Positions 17,769-26,244 of a DNA stretch of 64,000 bases are shown here, in pieces. Position numbers and translations under genes: made by a program. This DNA is from Dehalococcoidia bacterium (GTDB lineage Bacteria > Chloroflexota > Dehalococcoidia > CAUJGQ01). Numbering within the stretch: the stretch's first letter is position 1; each line of letters starts with the position of its first letter. The DNA is taken from contig JBFXAN010000006.1 of assembly GCA_050184225.1 (NCBI GenBank), forward strand, positions 1,640-65,639, written 5' to 3'. A model generated the notes under the pieces. It saw only the letters and a list, made by a program, of their open reading frames with translations, was not told the DNA's origin and did not search any database.

Positions 17769-20354
17769 ATGGCAGAGAAGTTCAATCCTCAAGAAACCGA
17801 CCGGAAATGGCAGCAGCGCTGGGAAGCGGACGGCCTCTACCGGACGCCGGACGACAGCGACAAGCCAAAGTACTACTTCCTGACGATGTACCCCTATCCG
17901 TCCGGCGACCTGCACACCGGCCACTGGTACGCGGAGGCGCCGGCCGACACCAAGGCGCGCTACCTGCGGATGCGCGGCTACAACGTCCTCTTCCCAATGG
18001 GCTTCGACGCCTTTGGCCTGCCCGCCGAGAATGCCGCCATCCGCAATAACATCCATCCGTTCCAGTGGACGATGGCCAACATCGACCGCATGCGCAACCA
18101 GTTCAAGAGCATGGGCGCGATGTTCGACTGGTCGCGCGAGGTGATCACCTGCCTGCCCGAATACTACACATGGAACCAGTGGTTCTTCCTCCAGTTCTAC
18201 AAGAAGGGCCTGGCCTACCGCGCCCGCGCCGCCGTGGACTTCTGCCCCAACTGCAACACGACGCTCGCCCGCGAGCAGGTCTGGGGCGAAGACCGCCGCT
18301 GCGAACGCTGCGGCACGCAGGTCGAAAAGCGCGACCTGGAGCAGTGGTTCTTCCGCATCACCGACTACGCGGACGAGTTGCTGCGCTTCGACGGCCTCGA
18401 CTGGCCCGACCGCGTCAAGACGATGCAGACCAACTGGATCGGCCGGTCCGAGGGCGCGGAGATCGCGTTCGTGATTGAACCTAACCCCCCGACCCCCTCC
18501 CCTCGCAGGGAAGGGGGAGTCCTGAGTGACGTTGGTGGGAATGATATCGCCATCCCACGAACAGACGAGCTACTGGCACCCTCGGTAGATGAGGACTCCC
18601 CTCCCCTGCGAGGGGAGGGGCCGGGGGAGAGGTCTGAAATCCGCGTCTTCACCACCAGACCGGACACGATCTACGGCGTCAGCTTCATGGTGCTGGCGCC
18701 CGAACATCCGCTGGTCGAACAACTGACAACGCCTGAGCAGGCCGAGGCCGTCCGAGAGTACATCGAGCAGGCACGGCGCGAGACGGAGATCGAGCGGACC
18801 GCCGCCGACAAGCCGAAGACCGGCGTCTTCACCGGCGCGTACTGCATCAATCCATACTCCGGCGAGCGGGTGCCGGTCTATGTCGGCGACTACGTGCTCT
18901 ACACCTACGGCACCGGCGCGGTGATGGGTGTGCCCGCGCACGACGAGCGGGACTTCGCCTTCGCCAAAACCTACAGCCTGCCGATCCCGGTGGTGATCGC
19001 GCCATCGGACTGGACCGGTGCGGAACTGGACTCGGCATATACCGAGCCAGGGACGATGGTCAACTCCGGTCCGTTCGACGGCACGCCAAGTGAGGAAGGC
19101 AAGAAACAGGTGATCGCCTACGGCGAGGAACGCGGCTTCGCCACGACGCGGGTGACCTATCGCATGCGCGACTGGCTGATCTCTCGTCAGCGCTATTGGG
19201 GCACGCCGATCCCGATCATCTACTGCCCCGTGGACGGCGTCGTGCCCGTGCCCGAGGAGGATCTGCCCGTCCTCTTGCCGGAGGACTCCGAGTTCCGTCC
19301 GACCGGCGAATCGCCGCTGAAGTATGACGAGCGATTCAAGAACGTGTCCTGCCCAACCTGTGGCGGTCCCGCCGAGCGCGAGACCGACACAATGGACACC
19401 TTCATGGACTCCTCCTGGTACCAGTACCGCTACCTCAGCCCGCACTTCGCCGAGGGGCCGTTCAACCCATCAAAGGCGGATTGGCTGCCGGTCGACCAGT
19501 ATACGGGCGGCATCGAGCACGCGACGATGCACCTGCTCTACTTCCGCTTTTTCACCAAGGCGATGCGCGATCTCGGACTGGTGACGATCGACGAGCCGGT
19601 GACGCGGCTGATCAATCAGGGCATCATCCTCGGTCCCGACAGCCAGAAGATGTCAAAGAGCCGGGGCAACGTCGTCAACCCTGATGATTATGTCGACAGT
19701 CTCGGTGCCGATGTCTTCCGCTGCTATCTGATGTTCATCGGCCCCTGGGAGGACGGCGGCCCCTACCGGCCTGAAGGGATCGAAGGCGTCACCCGCTGGC
19801 TGCATCGTGTCTGGAACCTGACGCTCGACGAGCCACGCTTCGCCGGCACGATCGACGCCGACGCCACCCGCGACCTCCAACGCCGACGGCACAAGACCGT
19901 GCGCGTCGTCTCCGAGGATCTGGAGAACTTCCGGTTCAACACGAAGCTCGCCCGGCTGATGGAGTACACGAACGAGCTCTCCCGCGTCAAAGACAGCGGC
20001 CGGATCGACCCCGCCGTCTGGAACGACGCCGTCGAGACGCTGCTGTTGATGACCGCGCCCGCCGCCCCCCACATCACCGAGGAGTTGTGGGAACGCACCG
20101 GCCGCCCCTACTCGGTCCACACCCAGGCATGGCCGTCCTTCGACCCGGCTCTGGCCGAAGACGAGCAACGAACCATCGTCGTGCAGATCAACGGCAAGGT
20201 CCGCGACCGCCTCTCCGTACCGGTCGACGCCACCCGCGAACAGGTCGAGGCAATGGCGATGGCGAGCGAAAAAGTCGCCGGCCAGATTGACGGCGCCACC
20301 GTGCGAAACGTGGTCTATGTGCCGGGACGGCTGGTCAATATCGTCGTTACCTAA
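17769..20354 (+). CDS. leuS: Leucyl-tRNA synthetase (carries an in-frame repeat-derived insertion)
   Basis: MAEKFNPQETDRKWQQRWE, YPSGDLHTGH (HIGH), VFTTRPDTIYG (CP1), KMSKSRGN (KMSKS). The ATG at 17769 was chosen downstream of the T-box terminator. Confidence 0.95.
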   Translation: MAEKFNPQETDRKWQQRWEADGLYRTPDDSDKPKYYFLTMYPYPSGDLHTGHWYAEAPADTKARYLRMRGYNVLFPMGFDAFGLPAENAAIRNNIHPFQWTMANIDRMRNQFKSMGAMFDWSREVITCLPEYYTWNQWFFLQFYKKGLAYRARAAVDFCPNCNTTLAREQVWGEDRRCERCGTQVEKRDLEQWFFRITDYADELLRFDGLDWPDRVKTMQTNWIGRSEGAEIAFVIEPNPPTPSPRREGGVLSDVGGNDIAIPRTDELLAPSVDEDSPPLRGEGPGERSEIRVFTTRPDTIYGVSFMVLAPEHPLVEQLTTPEQAEAVREYIEQARRETEIERTAADKPKTGVFTGAYCINPYSGERVPVYVGDYVLYTYGTGAVMGVPAHDERDFAFAKTYSLPIPVVIAPSDWTGAELDSAYTEPGTMVNSGPFDGTPSEEGKKQVIAYGEERGFATTRVTYRMRDWLISRQRYWGTPIPIIYCPVDGVVPVPEEDLPVLLPEDSEFRPTGESPLKYDERFKNVSCPTCGGPAERETDTMDTFMDSSWYQYRYLSPHFAEGPFNPSKADWLPVDQYTGGIEHATMHLLYFRFFTKAMRDLGLVTIDEPVTRLINQGIILGPDSQKMSKSRGNVVNPDDYVDSLGADVFRCYLMFIGPWEDGGPYRPEGIEGVTRWLHRVWNLTLDEPRFAGTIDADATRDLQRRRHKTVRVVSEDLENFRFNTKLARLMEYTNELSRVKDSGRIDPAVWNDAVETLLLMTAPAAPHITEELWERTGRPYSVHTQAWPSFDPALAEDEQRTIVVQINGKVRDRLSVPVDATREQVEAMAMASEKVAGQIDGATVRNVVYVPGRLVNIVVT
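18480..18633. repeat. Family A palindromic element copy 1, inside the leuS ORF
   Basis: CCTAACCCCCCGACCCCCTCCCCTCGCAGGGAAGGGGGAG..GAGCTACTGGCACCCTCGGTAGATGAG..CCCCTCCCCTGCGAGGGGAGGGGCCGGGGGAGAGGT. Same termini and core as the intergenic copies. Confidence 0.85.
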
Positions 20355-20503
20355 CCCCCCGGCCCCCTTCCCTGCGAGGGAAGGGGGTGCCTCATTCTAC
20401 CGAGGTGCCAGTAGCTCGTCGGGCGACACCGACGATCCTCGTTCCACCACGGTAAACCAGAACTCCCCCTTCCCTGCGAGGGAAGGGGGCCGGGGGGTTA
20501 GGT
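20350..20503. repeat. Family A palindromic element copy 2 (inverted orientation)
   Basis: Termini are CCTAACCCCCCGGCCCCCTTCCCTGCGAGGGAAGGGGG / CCCCCTTCCCTGCGAGGGAAGGGGGCCGGGGGGTTAGGT. The core is the reverse complement of copy 5. It contains the leuS stop TAA (20352..20354). Confidence 0.9.
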
Positions 20504-20508
20504 ATCCC

Positions 20509-20970
20509 TCACCCTTCGCCGTGCTCCGGAAAGGCCCGGAGCGACTCACGCACGTTCCCGAGAAACGCCCCCAGCGTGCGCTGAAGTTGCGTCAGCAGGG
20601 CGATCGCGTAGGCGTCGGCGTCATCCTTCTGTTGTTGAGCGAGGCGTTCCGCCTCCGCGATCGTCTGCTGCGCATGTTCCTCCGCGCCCCGGATTGTCCG
20701 GTCGGCAAGGTTCTGGGCGGCAAGCTCGACCTTGTGCGCCTCCTCTTGGGAACGGCGGAGGACCTCGGAGTTGGCGACCCGATCCGCCGCTTCACGCTCG
20801 GCGTTCGCGATGATCCGTGCGGCTTCAGACTGCGATTCGGCGATCGCCTGCTCACCCCGTTCGAGGATGCCGCGTGCCTGGCGGACATTGGCAGGAATCG
20901 CGAGCCGAAGCTCATTGATCAGGTCACTAAAGCGCTTTCGGTCAACGGTGACACCGCCGCCAAACGGCAT
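20509..20970 (-). CDS. Coiled-coil protein of the class usually annotated ATP-synthase-b-like/DivIVA-like (function unknown)
   Basis: 153-aa ORF rich in A/E/R heptads. A conserved-looking helix VDILELLDQLDEELAAGRK continues in frame upstream of the ATG up to 21033, with no canonical start codon. Confidence 0.65.
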   Translation of the reverse strand: MPFGGGVTVDRKRFSDLINELRLAIPANVRQARGILERGEQAIAESQSEAARIIANAEREAADRVANSEVLRRSQEEAHKVELAAQNLADRTIRGAEEHAQQTIAEAERLAQQQKDDADAYAIALLTQLQRTLGAFLGNVRESLRAFPEHGEG

Positions 20971-21039
20971 CTTCCGGCCGGCTGCGAGTTCTTCATCCAG
21001 TTGATCGAGTAATTCGAGGATATCGACGGCAATACCCCC

Positions 21040-21519
21040 TTACGCCCGCGCAAATTTCCGATTGAGGCCCTCCAGCACGGGCGCCGGCACCATATCTCGC
21101 ACATCATAGCCCAATGAGTACACTTCGCGGATACGGGTAGCGCTGATGAAAAGGTGTTCGAGGCTCGTCATCAAGAAAACCTGTTCGATCTCCGGCGCCA
21201 TCGTCTTGTACATCAACGCCTGATCGAACTCCGCATAGAAGTCAGTGACCGCGCGGATGCCCCGGACCAGAACCTTCCCACCTTGCTGGCGGGCGAAATC
21301 GGTGAGCAGGCCGGAGAATGGCATAACGCTGATGTTGCCGTCGCCGGCAACGCTCTCGCGCATCATCGTCACCCGCTCGTCGGTCGAAAACATCGACCGC
21401 TCAGGCGGCAACTCGTACACCGCCACAATCAATTCATCGAAGAGTCGGGCGGCACGAAAGATGATATCGAGGTGGCCGTTGGTCGCCGGATCGAATCGCC
21501 CGGCGTAGATTGCGAGCAC
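21040..21519 (-). CDS. coaD: Phosphopantetheine adenylyltransferase
   Basis: IYAGRFDPATNGHLDII (T/HxGH nucleotidyltransferase motif) and ISATRIRE. Confidence 0.95.
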   Translation of the reverse strand: MLAIYAGRFDPATNGHLDIIFRAARLFDELIVAVYELPPERSMFSTDERVTMMRESVAGDGNISVMPFSGLLTDFARQQGGKVLVRGIRAVTDFYAEFDQALMYKTMAPEIEQVFLMTSLEHLFISATRIREVYSLGYDVRDMVPAPVLEGLNRKFARA

Positions 21520-21528
21520 GGAGCGCTC

Positions 21529-22068
21529 CTAACAATAAAATGCGACGCCAGTGTCACCATAGCGACGGTCGGAGTGGAGCGCCAATCCACCGATCGATGT
21601 CGGGGGAGTGCGCCCTTGCGCATGCTCGAGCACAATCGTGCCGCCCTCCGCGACGATCGCGGAAGCCGCCAGCGTCTCCAGCATGCGTCCAATCGTCGCG
21701 TCGGCATACGGCGGGTCGAGGAAGACCAGCGTGAACGGACCGGCCAGTCGCGCGATCGCCCGCTGCGCGTCAAGGCAGTGAACCCGCGCCCGGTCGGACA
21801 TCCGTGCCCGCACCAGGTTCTTGCGGATCGCCGCACAGGCTGCCGGTGCCCGATCGACGAGATCGGCATGTTCCGCGCCACGGCTGAGCGCCTCGATCGC
21901 CAGCGCCCCGGTCCCGGCATACAGGTCAAGCACGCGCGAGCTATCCGCTCCCATCGAATACAGAATCGAGAAGATTGCCTCTCGCACACGATCAGCCGTC
22001 GGCCGCGTCTCGACGCCCTTGGGCGCGATCAGCGGCGTGCCGCGCGATGTGCCGCCGATGACTCGCAA
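21529..22068 (-). CDS. rsmD: 16S rRNA (guanine966-N2)-methyltransferase
   Basis: RVIGGTSRGTPLIAPKG..TRPTADRVREAIFSIL, LDLYAGTGALAIEALSRGA, VFLDPPY. The TTG at 22068 was chosen because the track ORF N-terminus (to 22173) is repeat-derived. Confidence 0.85.
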   Translation of the reverse strand: MRVIGGTSRGTPLIAPKGVETRPTADRVREAIFSILYSMGADSSRVLDLYAGTGALAIEALSRGAEHADLVDRAPAACAAIRKNLVRARMSDRARVHCLDAQRAIARLAGPFTLVFLDPPYADATIGRMLETLAASAIVAEGGTIVLEHAQGRTPPTSIGGLALHSDRRYGDTGVAFYC

Positions 22069-22075
22069 TTTTCTA

Positions 22076-22245
22076 CCTAACCCCCCGGCCCCCTTCCCTC
22101 GCAGGGAAGGGGGAGTCCTCGTCAACCAAGATGGAACGAGGATCGTCGGTATCGCCCAATGAGATACTGGCACCGTCGGTCGATGAGAATTCCCCCTTCC
22201 CTTGCAGGGAAGGGGGCGCTGTGAGCGCAGCGAACCGGGTTAGGT
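22076..22245. repeat. Family A palindromic element copy 3
   Basis: Left terminus is identical to copies 4 and 5. The right terminus carries a ~15-nt extra segment (GCTGTGAGCGCAGCGAA) before GGGTTAGGT. Confidence 0.85.
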
Positions 22246-22247
22246 AC

Positions 22248-24002
22248 TCACCGCACCGGCGTCGCCGTCGCCGTCCTCGTCGGCGTTCCCGTCCCCGTCG
22301 CGGTACCCGTCCCCGTGGGTGTCGCCGTCCCGGTCGCGCTCGATGCCGTGCCGGCACGAAGCGTCAGGCGTTGCGTGTTTTGCACGAGCATCACCCCATC
22401 GCTGACGACCAGCGTCACCGCATGCTGGCCAGGCTCCAAGCCGGTCGTGTCCCAGGTGATCGTCGGTTGCCCCGCCTGATAGGCACGATTATCGATCAGC
22501 CAGGCAGGGCGCAACATGCTGGAATTTGGCTGGAGCAGGGTCAATGCTTCATCTTGCTGGAGTTGCACGATCGGCGGCCAGACACTCGACAGCCCCTGAT
22601 TGTTGGACGCATCGTCGACGGAGATGCCGCCAAGTTCCCAGAGTTGCACATACTCCGCCTTGAACGCGGCGCTGAACTGATTCTCAATCCAGATCGTCCG
22701 TGGTGCGTTCTCCTGCTGATAGCTGAACGACACAGTGGCCGCGATCGCATCCCAGTTCAAACCACCGGCCCCACCCCCGCCCTGCGTAAGGTTATCGGCG
22801 GTGATCGTGATATTGGAGTTCGTCGCCGCCGTCTCCCGGTCGCGGATCGTGAACTGGGAGGCGATCGACAGCGCCTCCAGCGTGCTCATCGTCCGCAGTC
22901 CCTGATCGGACTTCTCCACGCTGAGTGAACTGATCGTGAGGATCAGCTTCTTCGGGTCGACCTGCCCCACGAGATAGGTCAGCGCCTCGGGCACAACCCG
23001 TCGATAGATCGATTGATCTAATGTTGGAGCGATCTTCAGGTAGTCGGCCAGTCCGCTCAGCTCCGCCCAGTCATAGGCGCCGCTGTTCCAATCGTTACCC
23101 TCGCGGGCCGGCAACGGCAACGTCAGCACCAGCACCCCGCCGTTCTGATGTACCGCCGCCGACACCTGCCGCACGAGGTCGGTGAAGTCGCTGCGCCGCG
23201 CCGGGTCCACGGCGGTGTACGCCAGCTCAATGCCGTCCAGCCGGTTGCTCTGAACGAGCTGGGCGATATTCGCGGCGTGAGCCGATCGACGGTCCCCTTG
23301 GGCGACGAACGTGTTGACCGCCTGGGCAGCATCGCCGTCGGCTGCCGACACGACCGGCACCAACAGGGCCGTATCACTCCGTCTCAGGTTCGTCACATTG
23401 CCGTTGATCGTCCCATCCGGCGCGGGAACGAAGTCGAGGCCGCCCACGATCGTCGCGATCCGCTCCGCCTCTGGGTGCAACGCCTGGCCCTGCAACACCG
23501 TTCCCATCACCTGAAAGGTGTCCGCCGCGCGCCGCAGCACGACGCCGTTCGCCGGCACCTGGTCAACCACCACCTCGGCGTACTTGCCGTCCTCGGTCAA
23601 TTCCGGCGTGGCGAGCCGTTGCCAGCTCTCGTCCTGGTAGGTATAGAACAGCAAACCCCGCCCGGCACGTCCCTGCTCCACCGGCATCGAGATTTTGGCG
23701 ACACCCTCCGGAATCATCCGGTTACATTGGTCATCGCTGAAATCTTTGAAGTCGCTGGCGATCTCGAGCCCGTCCGGCGGAGCCGGTGGGTTATCCAACG
23801 TTGGGCAATTGAACAGCGTCTCATCGCCGTCGTCCGACGGATTCAGAATCGAACACGGTCCGAGAAAGAGCACGGCTAAGACGATGAGGAGAAGCAGGCC
23901 GCCGCCGCCGATCGCCAGCAGACGCGGGTCGCGCAACGGGCCGCCGCCTGCTGGCGGCCGTCGCTGGCTGGTCACGGGTCGGCGCGGGGGCGGTCGGTTC
24001 AT
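22248..24002 (-). CDS. Membrane-anchored protein with GH18 (chitinase)-like domain lacking the catalytic motif, and T/G/P-rich C-terminal tail
   Basis: R/P-rich N-terminus, then a TM segment (LLLLIVLAVLFL). LDGIELAYTAV sits at the position of DGxDxDWE. The tail is GTATPTGTGTATGTGTPTRTATATP. Confidence 0.55.
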   Translation of the reverse strand: MNRPPPRRPVTSQRRPPAGGGPLRDPRLLAIGGGGLLLLIVLAVLFLGPCSILNPSDDGDETLFNCPTLDNPPAPPDGLEIASDFKDFSDDQCNRMIPEGVAKISMPVEQGRAGRGLLFYTYQDESWQRLATPELTEDGKYAEVVVDQVPANGVVLRRAADTFQVMGTVLQGQALHPEAERIATIVGGLDFVPAPDGTINGNVTNLRRSDTALLVPVVSAADGDAAQAVNTFVAQGDRRSAHAANIAQLVQSNRLDGIELAYTAVDPARRSDFTDLVRQVSAAVHQNGGVLVLTLPLPAREGNDWNSGAYDWAELSGLADYLKIAPTLDQSIYRRVVPEALTYLVGQVDPKKLILTISSLSVEKSDQGLRTMSTLEALSIASQFTIRDRETAATNSNITITADNLTQGGGGAGGLNWDAIAATVSFSYQQENAPRTIWIENQFSAAFKAEYVQLWELGGISVDDASNNQGLSSVWPPIVQLQQDEALTLLQPNSSMLRPAWLIDNRAYQAGQPTITWDTTGLEPGQHAVTLVVSDGVMLVQNTQRLTLRAGTASSATGTATPTGTGTATGTGTPTRTATATPVR

Positions 24003-24127
24003 CGAATCAGATCTCTCCCCGGCCGGAACAGCGCGCGGCACCCATATCGAGGGCAGGGTACGAATGGCGTCGTGGACGGTCAAGAAAGGGCGGTCGAGCG
24101 CCCGACACCGTCCGCCCGCTCACCAGC

Positions 24128-25339
24128 TCAACGGTTGACAATGTCAAGGCTGAGTTGCATCTCCTGGCCGCCACGCAGGACCGTGAGCGGCACCGTCGTA
24201 TTCGGCTTCATCTTGACCAGCGCGTAGAGGTAGGGCTGGGCGTCGTTGATCTCGAAGTCGGCGAGCTTGGTGATGATGTCGCCCTCTTGAACGCCGGCAC
24301 GGGAGGCCGGGCTATCGTCGATCACGTCGACGACCGCCGCCGCGCCGTTGGTCACCGGCAACCGCGCCCGCTGCGCCTGTTCCGCGCTGATCGTCTGGTG
24401 AACGATGCCGGCGTAGGGACGGTCGGTCTTGCCGTTCGCGATAATCTGGTCGACGAGGGGTTTGAAGGTACGGCTGGAGATGGCAAACCCCACACCTTGG
24501 ACCTGCTGACCGGATTGCGTCCCCCGAACAACCGTCGTCATGATACCGATCAACTGTCCATCGAGCGTCACCAGCGCGCCGCCGCTGTTGCCATGATTGA
24601 TCGCGGCATCGGTCTGGATCAGATCCTCCATGATCGTGTCATCCTTCGGCCAGCGGCGGTGGACACCGCTGACGATGCCGCGGGTGACATTATTGCGAAA
24701 CTCATCGTACATCTGCTGATTGAAGGCGACGCTGCCGATTGCCAGCACACCCTGTCCCGCTTGCACGCTGTCCGAATCTCCAACCGGTACCACCGTGAGA
24801 TCGCTCGGTTGAATGCGAACGACGGCAATGTCGGTGAACGGTGCGTCGTCTCCGACCAGCACCCCCGGCCGCTCGCTCCCGTCATGCATGATCACGGAAA
24901 TCTGTGCGGCGTCTCGGACGACGTGCTCGTTCGTCACGAGATACCCGCCTTCGTCGATGATCACGCCCGAGCCGAGATTGGTTTCCCGGATCACGCGGCC
25001 GTTGCCATCGACCCGCTGCGCCTGCACGATCAGCGTGACCACGCCAGGCGACACCTTGGCGAAGGTGTCCGTGAGCGCAGACTCCTCCGTGACCTTGAGC
25101 AACGTCGATGGTCCCGGTTCCTCCGCCGCGGCGCTGGTCTTCGCTTCCGGCTCGTCGTCAGATACCAGGAGCGCCACGCTCGCACCGGCGAGCGCACCGC
25201 TGATCGCGGCAACAGCAACCGCGACCGCCAGGATTCCCATCACCCCCCGCCACGGCGATACCCGATCCTCCATCGAACCTCTCCCCCTCCACGCCAATTC
25301 CGGGGCGATTGCGGCCTGCCCCTCCATTGTAACAAGCAT
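24128..25339 (-). CDS. HtrA/DegP-family serine protease with PDZ domain (membrane anchored)
   Basis: GSGVIIDEGGYLVTNEHVV, DIAVVRI, GNSGGALVTLDGQLIGIMT, and PDZ-like GDIITKLADFEI. The start may instead be ATG 25273 (MEDRV). Confidence 0.9.
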   Translation of the reverse strand: MLVTMEGQAAIAPELAWRGRGSMEDRVSPWRGVMGILAVAVAVAAISGALAGASVALLVSDDEPEAKTSAAAEEPGPSTLLKVTEESALTDTFAKVSPGVVTLIVQAQRVDGNGRVIRETNLGSGVIIDEGGYLVTNEHVVRDAAQISVIMHDGSERPGVLVGDDAPFTDIAVVRIQPSDLTVVPVGDSDSVQAGQGVLAIGSVAFNQQMYDEFRNNVTRGIVSGVHRRWPKDDTIMEDLIQTDAAINHGNSGGALVTLDGQLIGIMTTVVRGTQSGQQVQGVGFAISSRTFKPLVDQIIANGKTDRPYAGIVHQTISAEQAQRARLPVTNGAAAVVDVIDDSPASRAGVQEGDIITKLADFEINDAQPYLYALVKMKPNTTVPLTVLRGGQEMQLSLDIVNR

Positions 25340-25584
25340 GTGATGCCCGCTTCATATCGCGCCGTCGTGCCGTGGCACAACCACGCGCCCCCATGTACAA
25401 GCACACGACGTGACGCGCCGGCAGAGCGTGCGCCTGAGACAGATCTGACCCTGGAAGAGGCGACGACGAGCAACGTATGCTTCTTTGACAGGCATCGTGA
25501 ACCGTCTCTATACTCCATGAAGCGAGTAGCTGCGGGCACGTGTGCCCTCAGCTTCTTTTTTCTCGTCGTCTTGGGAGTCCCGCT

Positions 25585-26055
25585 ATGCCTGACCGATCCG
25601 TACCACTCACGCGTGACGGACTGAAGAAGCTTGAAGAAGAATTAGAGCATCTCAAGTCGGTGCGCCGGCACGAAGTCGCACAGCGTATCCATCTGGCGAA
25701 AGAAGTTGGCCACACGCAGAACGATGCTGAATACGACGACGCGAAGAACGAACAGGCTTTCGTCGAGGGCCGGATCAACCAACTCGAGACGATCGTCAAG
25801 AACCACGTCCTCATCGACGAGGATCAGGCGCATCAGTCTCGGTCCGTACGCCTGGGCTGCACCGTCGTCGTCGAGTCCGCGAGCGGCCGGCGTGAATACA
25901 CCATTGTCGGAAGCACGGAAGCCGATCCGACCAGCGGCCGAATCTCCAATGAATCGCCGGTCGGCAAAGCCCTCATCGGCCATCGCGTCGGCGACAAAGT
26001 CCAGGTGTTGACCCCAAAAGGCCCCGCCAGTTTCACTGTCTCCGAGATCAAGTAA
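25585..26055 (+). CDS. greA: Transcription elongation factor GreA
   Basis: PLTRDGLKKLEEELEHLKSVRRHEVAQRIHLAKE..ENDAEYDDAKNEQAFVEGRI, with a C-terminal ISNESPVGKALIGH. Confidence 0.95.
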   Translation: MPDRSVPLTRDGLKKLEEELEHLKSVRRHEVAQRIHLAKEVGHTQNDAEYDDAKNEQAFVEGRINQLETIVKNHVLIDEDQAHQSRSVRLGCTVVVESASGRREYTIVGSTEADPTSGRISNESPVGKALIGHRVGDKVQVLTPKGPASFTVSEIK

Positions 26056-26058
26056 GGA

Positions 26059-26236
26059 ACCCCTCCCCCGGCCCCTCCCCCCGCCTGCGGCGCGGAGAGG
26101 GGAGCCTGACGTACCAGGATTACCAGCGTCACTTTCGCTATGGTCTGGCGATTGGCTGGTTGACGTTGGTAGACCCGTGCCGGTGAGGCTCCCCTCTCCG
26201 CGCCGCAGGCGGGGGGAGGGGCCGGGGGAGGGGTCC
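26059..26236. repeat. Palindromic G/C-rich element, family B copy 2
   Basis: ACCCCTCCCCCGGCCCCTCCCCCCGCCTGCGGCGCGGAGAGGGGAGCC ... GGCTCCCCTCTCCGCGCCGCAGGCGGGGGGAGGGGCCGGGGGAGGGGT. It fills the greA-lysS spacer. Confidence 0.9.
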
Positions 26237-26244
26237 GGTGCAGT

